NCBI GenBank assembly: GCA_012295275.1
Contig: CM022670.1
Span: forward strand, 29,822,001 to 29,886,000
Origin: Chrysomallon squamiferum
Lineage: Eukaryota > Animalia > Mollusca
Length of the DNA stretch: 64,000 nucleotides
Direction of reading: 5' to 3'
Part shown: piece by piece, positions 57,364 through 64,000 of the stretch
Position numbering within the stretch: position 1 is the stretch's first letter
Layout of the letters: every line of letters starts with the position of its first letter
Notes under the pieces: model-generated
Told to the model about the DNA's origin: nothing
The model's input: only the letters and a program-made list of their open reading frames with translations
Databases searched by the model: none
Translations under genes and position numbers: made by a program

Positions 57364-59431
57364 TGGGGGGGGGTCATTCCGTGTCAAATAACCCAATGCG
57401 TTAAACCCGACCGTCTCAAATTTTTATGAAACTTGGTATACTTGTTGATTGAGATCCCACAGCACCAAATCCTACATTTTAGGCCAATTGGACCAGTTGT
57501 GTGGGAGATATGGCCCACCGAATTTTGAGATTTTCGACCATAATGGGCGTGACCACCAACCTTTGAACCGTTATATCTCAGGAACTACTGGGCCAATCTT
57601 CATAAAATTGGTATTGTTGAAAAGGCTATATGACAAGGATTCCTGGTGTACACTGACCTTTTGAGCTTTGTTATGATCTATAAATTGACCTTGTGATTGA
57701 GATGACCTTTCTTGAAATTTAATCTCCCACATGTTAACTAACACATATAAAAGTTTCATGGGTGTAATGTTTTTTTGTTTAGCCACAATATAGATTTTAA
57801 AAATGCATACCTGCATGGATGATTGATACAATGCATAACAATGAACATTTTCCACATGTATACACTTCTCTGAGACCAAAAACTCATCTTCGTAATCAAA
57901 ATCCACCTGACATGTCTGAAGGATATAAAAAAATGTCAAAAGTGTCAAAAGATGTTCAACACAATCAGACCCAAAGGGTTAACAGAAAGTGTGGCTTCAG
58001 GTGTGTCAGGAGCTCTTGAAATCTCCTGGTGAAATCCCCATGAGTCTATGGCAATTAGAAGTTTCTACTACTAATTCTTCTACTACTCTGTCTATTCCCA
58101 CTACCTTTTGTTCCTAACTATTTCTGCTAATACTACATCTTCTTCTACTGACACTGTTATCAGTAATGCTACAATGTTTGGTACTAGTAGTTACTTCTAG
58201 TACTGCTATTACTTTATAACTCCCACTAGGCCCCTGTTATTACCTGCCCCTCCACTACTACTACCACCACCACTGGTATTACTTCTACCATTAGTACTGT
58301 TACTAGTGGTGCTATTACTACTTTTGTTATTAGAAAAACTACTACTATCACCATCATTGCCACTACTGCTACTTTTATTATCACAAATACTGTTACTACC
58401 TCTACTACTACTAGCATTACCATTTTATCAACAACTATTACAATAGCTATTTCTTATTTTGCTACTTCTGCTAACATTACTTCTTCTACTACCAGCACTA
58501 TAATTAATCCTACCACTTCTTCCAGTACTACTAATTATACTAACAATCGCTGTGCATTATTATTATATCTCCTACTACTACTGCTACATTTATGAGACTA
58601 CTTCCACAATTTCTACTACTACTTGTTGTATTAATATTGATTTAATTATCATTATGATTATTATTATCATTGTTATTGTTATCATCATCATCATCATTAT
58701 TATTACTGGCAGTAGTAGTAATAATACTAGTACTACTACTAGAATACAAATACTTCTATGGGTATTACAACACTGATACTTCTACAACTTTTATTATTAT
58801 TACTTCAACTACTATTATGTCTACTATAAGAATAGTGGTAGATTTACTAGTACTCTGACTGCTACATTTTAAAGTAATACAGTGATTATGTTTGGCAAGT
58901 TAAGGACATTTCATAAGAGCATGGAGATGTCTTCATTCATTTCATGCACCCTCACAGATCTTCTAAGTTATTTCACTGGCCAAACAACAAAGACACTTGT
59001 TTTATTAGTGAAGGGACATGCAATTTTTGAATGTGTATTGCTGCTAAACAAAGAATATTACACCTCTGAAACTTTTATATGTTTTAGTTAACATGTGGGA
59101 GATTAAATTTCAAGAAAGGTCATCTCAAGGTCATGTGATCCACAAGGTCAGTTTCAAGGTTAAAAAAGGTCAAAAGGTCAGTATCTTCAAACTGAACAAT
59201 AATGGAATCCTTGTCATATTGCCTTTTCAACAATACCAATTTTATGAAGATTGGCCTGGTAGTTCCTGAGATATGAGGGTTCAAAGGTTGATGGTCAACC
59301 CATTTTGGCCAAAAATTTCAAAATGTGTGGGGCCATATGTCCCACACAACTGGTCCAAATGACCTAAAATTTCAGATTTGGTGCTGTGGGTTCCCAATCA
59401 GCAAGTATACCAAGTTTCATAGAAATCTGAG
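57364..59431. mobile_element. About 2-kb non-autonomous DNA element with about 400-bp imperfect inverted repeats
   Basis: 57414 to about 57810 is the diverged reverse complement of about 59016-59431 (e.g. gaaacttggtatacttg / caagtataccaagtttc; aaatttaatctcccacatgttaactaa / ttagttaacatgtgggagattaaattt). Left end GGGGTCATTCCGTGTCAA has no right-hand partner. Confidence 0.85.
58064..58855. repeat. Degenerate (ACT/ATT)n trinucleotide tract inside the element
   Basis: Direct reading; gives Thr-, Val- and Ile-rich spurious ORFs. Confidence 0.85.
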
Positions 59432-59903
59432 ATAAATTACAATTTACAGTTTGCCGAGTATTAGTATTACTCTTAAATAAATATATATATATATATATAT
59501 ATACATATACATAACACTGTTATCAGTATTTAAATTTTGTTTGGAATCTTCAGAGACCATATGCAGATGCCAGTGTACATGGTGATCTTCAGTGATACAC
59601 AGTAGCACACACAGTGTCAATTATTTTGGTAAAATTGTTTACCTTTGAAAATAAAAAGTAAAATGAAAGAAAAGAAAACCACCACCACAAACAACAACAA
59701 CAACAACATAATAATAATAATAAAAATAATATAGATAAATCATTAATACATCATTACAGTCATGTTATAAAGTGTATTAATATATATATATATATATATA
59801 AAAATCAATTTCCTCTGCATTAACCATCTGTCATTACACAGTATTCTGCCATATTCTGTATTAAATTAATAGGACAAGATACCATTTCAGGGTTTGTCCA
59901 AGA

Positions 59904-62837
59904 ATGGCATCTCCACAGACACTGAATCTTTTACAGACACAAGCTGCAAGAGCTGACACAGTTTTAGCAGAACTCAGAAGTCAAATCAGTGTTTTAAAGG
60001 AGGCAGCAGGTTTGTGAATTATTAGTATTTATTTATCAGTTGCATATATTCAAAACTGTATTTTTTAAAGTGTTATTTCATGTTAATTACCAATAAAATA
60101 TTATTTTTATTTCCACATTATAAAATGTAACCAACAGGTTCTACAAATTTATATATATAAATATTTTATTTAAGTAGATGTTTTTGTTTAAAGTTTCATA
60201 TATAGGGAAGAATGAGATAGACCAGCTTCGGAAAGAAAATGATCTTCTCAAACAGGAAGTTGAGCAGGCTAAAATCCAGTTAATAATGGCAGAAATATAC
60301 AATGGAGGTAAAGAGAATACTTAGTGACATCAATGAAAAAAATAAAAAAGGAAATAAAATGAAAAAATAAATAGTTACATATTCCAGTAAGTTATAACTG
60401 CATTAAATATGTTATTGGTAAAATTTTAGTTTGACATCAGTTATAGTATTTATAAAACCATTGGATTTAAAAATATTCAGTCTGAATGCTAAATTATTAA
60501 TTATTCTTATTAAAAAAATTAAGCAGATATTCTGTTTCGTAACCTATTTTTTGGTTTCATCAGCTGACTGTAAAATATAATTATAAAATTCATAAGAATA
60601 ATAACCTTTTTCTGAGATTACTTGTTTGAAATTTCAGTTAGACAGGTGTTTGTTCCAAGTTGCACTCACTCAACATCAAAGACAGATTCTATTGTAAAAC
60701 CAGACCCAGAGAAGAAAGTCAATGAAGAAAAACCTAAGAGTGAGAAAAAAACAGGTATTACTGTTTTTGTTTTATATCTGATGAAGATAGATTGAAATCT
60801 CTGAAAACCTAACACTTTTGAGGCCATGTAAAAAGGTAGTGGAAGATATTTGATGTACAGAGGTGCTATGTTACAGTACTTGACAGATCTCAGGATCATA
60901 GGAATTATTTGGTTTTGAGGGAATTATGGTTTAATGCTGGTTGTCCACTTTTAAGTAATTTCATTATTAACAGTGTGTTCTAAAAATCATTACATGAAAA
61001 ATAAACAATATAAGCATTCAGATTGTCTAGTATTTATTTTTATTTATTTTGTTATTTTATATTATTTTTTTTTTATAATGAAATTTGATTATAAAACATT
61101 TTGCAGAAAAAGCAAAAGATGTTAAAACTGTAGGTAAGAAACCTGCAAAAACTGCTGAAGACAAAATAGACATATCTCAGTTGGATCTGAGAATTGGGAA
61201 GATTGTGTCAGTGAAAAAACATCCTGATGCTGATTCCCTGTATGTGGAAGAGGTTGATGTAGGGGAGGATAAAAAACGAACTGTTGTTTCTGGATTGGTT
61301 AAGTTCGTTACACTGGAACAGGTATGCTGTTAACAGAGTAACTGTTAATAACATCTAACAGTAATTAATGTTAAAAATGTGTTGAATTATTTTTAAACCT
61401 ATTCATTTGTTTGAACTAATTGATACAATAACCCAAGATTTTAAAATACAATTGGTACATAATTTCTAGTTCTTTATAATTTATAAATATAAAATATGAT
61501 ACAGCAGTAGAGATTAATAACATACATTTTTGAAACAAAACATAAAATTTCACATCTTTAAAGGTTAGACTAAAATGTATGATGAAATTTCTTTAACATC
61601 AGATTTCTTAACTATACATCACTTTTAATCTGCGCCATCTACATATATAATGGTTTTTTGTATTGGAAGAGACAACTGTAGATATCCTACCTGAAAATTG
61701 TTAATAATATTACAGACATATTCATATTTTATGGTTTTTCTTAATTTCTTTTTTCATTTTTTAGACAGTTAGACCTTGTGGTTTTGGAATTATAAATTTT
61801 AGATTGACTGTTTTGTTAATGTCACATGAAGTATTTTCATCTTGTAGATGCAGGACAGAATGGCCGTGTTTATGTGCAACTTGAAGCCTGTCAAGATGAG
61901 GGGAATTCTGTCAGAAGGAATGGTAATGTGTGCTAGTACGTCAGAGAGCGTGGAGATCTTGATTCCACCAGCAGGGGTTGTTCCTGGTGATCAAATTTCA
62001 TTTGATGGCTATCCAGGTATTTAACAAGCCAGTGACGAATTATCTATCCTATAACATTAATAATATTCCAATACATGAAAATTTCTGTGGCTTCTTTTTG
62101 TAACTTAACAGCTTTTTAAAAAAAAAATTTATGTTATTAAATTATTTAAATTGATTTTATTTATATATTAATATTATTTTTTATTATTTTTATTGAGTTA
62201 TTTGTTAAATTTTGTATGCCTTTGATGTTTAACAGTTTTTAAGGTGTATCTTTCGTCTCTTGACCATACTGTGAAAATATTTAACATTCTGAGTTAGGTT
62301 TGCTCACAGAAAGATTATAGTTAGAACAAACTGTATTGAATATAATAATTGTAAACTTAATTTGTAACATTTTAACTAGTTCTAAAAGGTAAATCCCACT
62401 CCACCATAATAACAATAATAATGATTTATGACAAAAAAGAAAAAAGGAATGTCTTGAAAACTGCTACTTTAGAATAACCCTTTGATGGGGTGAAAATAAA
62501 AGCAAAATAATTATGAAACATATCTTGTTTTATTTATTTATATTTTCATAATGGGAATACCCCTTCTGCTTAAAAGTGATTTTTAAAAAAATTCCATCCA
62601 AAGCCCATTTTATTCAGAAATATAATTTGTAATATTTTATTAATGTTTTTGTTTTTTTCAATTTTTTCAGGTGAACCAGATGCTCAGCTCAATCCAAAGA
62701 AAAAAATATGGGAAAGTCTGAAACCATTTGTTAGAACAGATGACAACAAAGTTGCTACGTTCAAAGGAGTTCCTTTCAAAGTGGAAGGCAAAGGAATAGT
62801 TGTAACTGAAACTTTGGCAAATGCACAAATTTCTTGA
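59904..62837 (+). CDS. AIMP1: Aminoacyl-tRNA synthetase complex-interacting multifunctional protein 1 (p43), about 295 aa
   Basis: Exons 59904-60009, 60194-60307, 60638-60754, 61107-61321, 61848-62016, 62671-62837 total 888 nt. N-terminal coiled coil ([34 protein letters not shown]) and EMAP-II domain ([44 protein letters not shown]). Confidence 0.95.
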
Positions 62838-63847
62838 GTTTCTATTTAAACAAGTGAAATAATAGACACTCATATGTTTTTATTAACATATCCAATTAAA
62901 GTACTAAAATAAAGTTTCTCATTTTTTTTAATTATATATTTTTAACAGGTTGTAATAATAAAACATAACTAGACATTATTTATTTCTTTATTTTTACATC
63001 TAATCTACTTGGATTCTACAAAACCACCAATAAATACATTTTTAAAATTTAGAATGACTCGGGGCCATGCTTTTCTCTATTTGAGAACACAGAACAAAGA
63101 ATGTTTTGAAAGTGACTCCAACATTTTTTATACAGCACATATTTTGTCAGTAATAACAAATCATAATTCTGATTAGTAAACAGGTATTTTTTCATCCATG
63201 GTTTACATCATTTTTAGTACACTTATTTATTCATTTATCTTTCCTAAATAATTTTGAAGATGCAGTAATATGAAAAATAAAGTGTTTTACTTGGGAAGGG
63301 TATTAAGTATAAAATACTATTAATAAAAATAACAAAGATAAATGTGTAAACAATATTTTTTTTTTAGTGGAACAAAATATTCTCAATAAATTAGGCGGAA
63401 ACAAAATACATTTTTATCCAACTTTCTCAAGCCACTCTAAAATAACCAAAATAAATAATAAATGATTAACATAAATCAAGACACTTATCTCTGCTACAGT
63501 TTGAGCAGAATATTTCTGCTTTCTTTGACTGATGCACACTCAGTCTTACTATACTTGTCAGAAAAAGAAATTTTAAATGAAGGAGTCAACACTGGTTTCA
63601 TTTGCACATTCTGCATTAGCTTGATCTGACTGAAACAACATTTCTGATTTATGATTATTTTTATTATTTTTAAAACAAAAATTTCCAAACAACTGGCTCA
63701 TGCTAAAACATATTGTCTAATGTAACAAGTGCTGAAATAACAATTATCCATTCTTGTGTTTTGTTTGGATCTAATCCATTTCCAGTATCCAATTTTGTAC
63801 TTATTTATAAAATTAAAATACAACTCTTGCAGACTGCTTTTCAAATC

Positions 63848-63917
63848 TCAAAACTGTATTAATGTTTCAAGCAATTTACATCTGACAATTCCTGCTTTTT
63901 CCCATCTTGGATGTGGC
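63848..63917 (-). CDS. Possible terminal coding exon of an unidentified gene continuing beyond the window
   Basis: Acceptor tttacattgcag before 63917 after AT-rich intron-like DNA; one frame reads PHPRWEKAGIVRCKLLETLIQF*; the frame cannot be fixed from this window. Confidence 0.4.
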
Positions 63918-64000
63918 CTGCAATGTAAATGAAAATATTATATTTATTTAATAAATAATTTTATCTATATGGTATAAAAAATATATTGGTAATAATTGTG

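Noticed and set aside
58226-58858. Val-, Thr- and Ile-rich ORFs resembling mucin or membrane proteins
   Set aside because: Arise from the degenerate trinucleotide tract inside the transposon; interrupted by stops.

Overview
AT-rich, intron-dense animal genomic DNA, probably a mollusc (inferred from protein style and decayed interspersed repeats); nothing prokaryotic and no CRISPR. Exons were spliced by hand with phase checks. Gene order: TTC29 (+, 5'-truncated), a divergent SQSTM1/p62 paralog (-, about 350 aa), canonical SQSTM1/p62 (-, about 440 aa), a frameshifted third p62 fragment, SREBP (+, about 1110 aa) hosting miR-33, an F-box/WD40 gene (+, about 440 aa), TBCK (-, about 898 aa, one U12-type intron) head-to-head with AIMP1 (+, about 295 aa), and a possible last exon of another gene at the right edge. 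Best leads: (1) a compact SREBP promoter with a perfect DR4, CRE, SRE and inverted CCAAT which, with miR-33, resembles the vertebrate LXR/SREBP feedback module; (2) an intact p62 paralog that keeps the PB1 polymerisation surfaces but has lost ZZ N-degron residues, the LIR and the UBA GGW motif; (3) a pre-miRNA-sized hairpin in a TBCK intron; (4) a Tigger4/MER46-like MITE and a 2-kb inverted-repeat element carrying DR2/DR5 sites. No database search was run, so homology calls come from recognised motifs.
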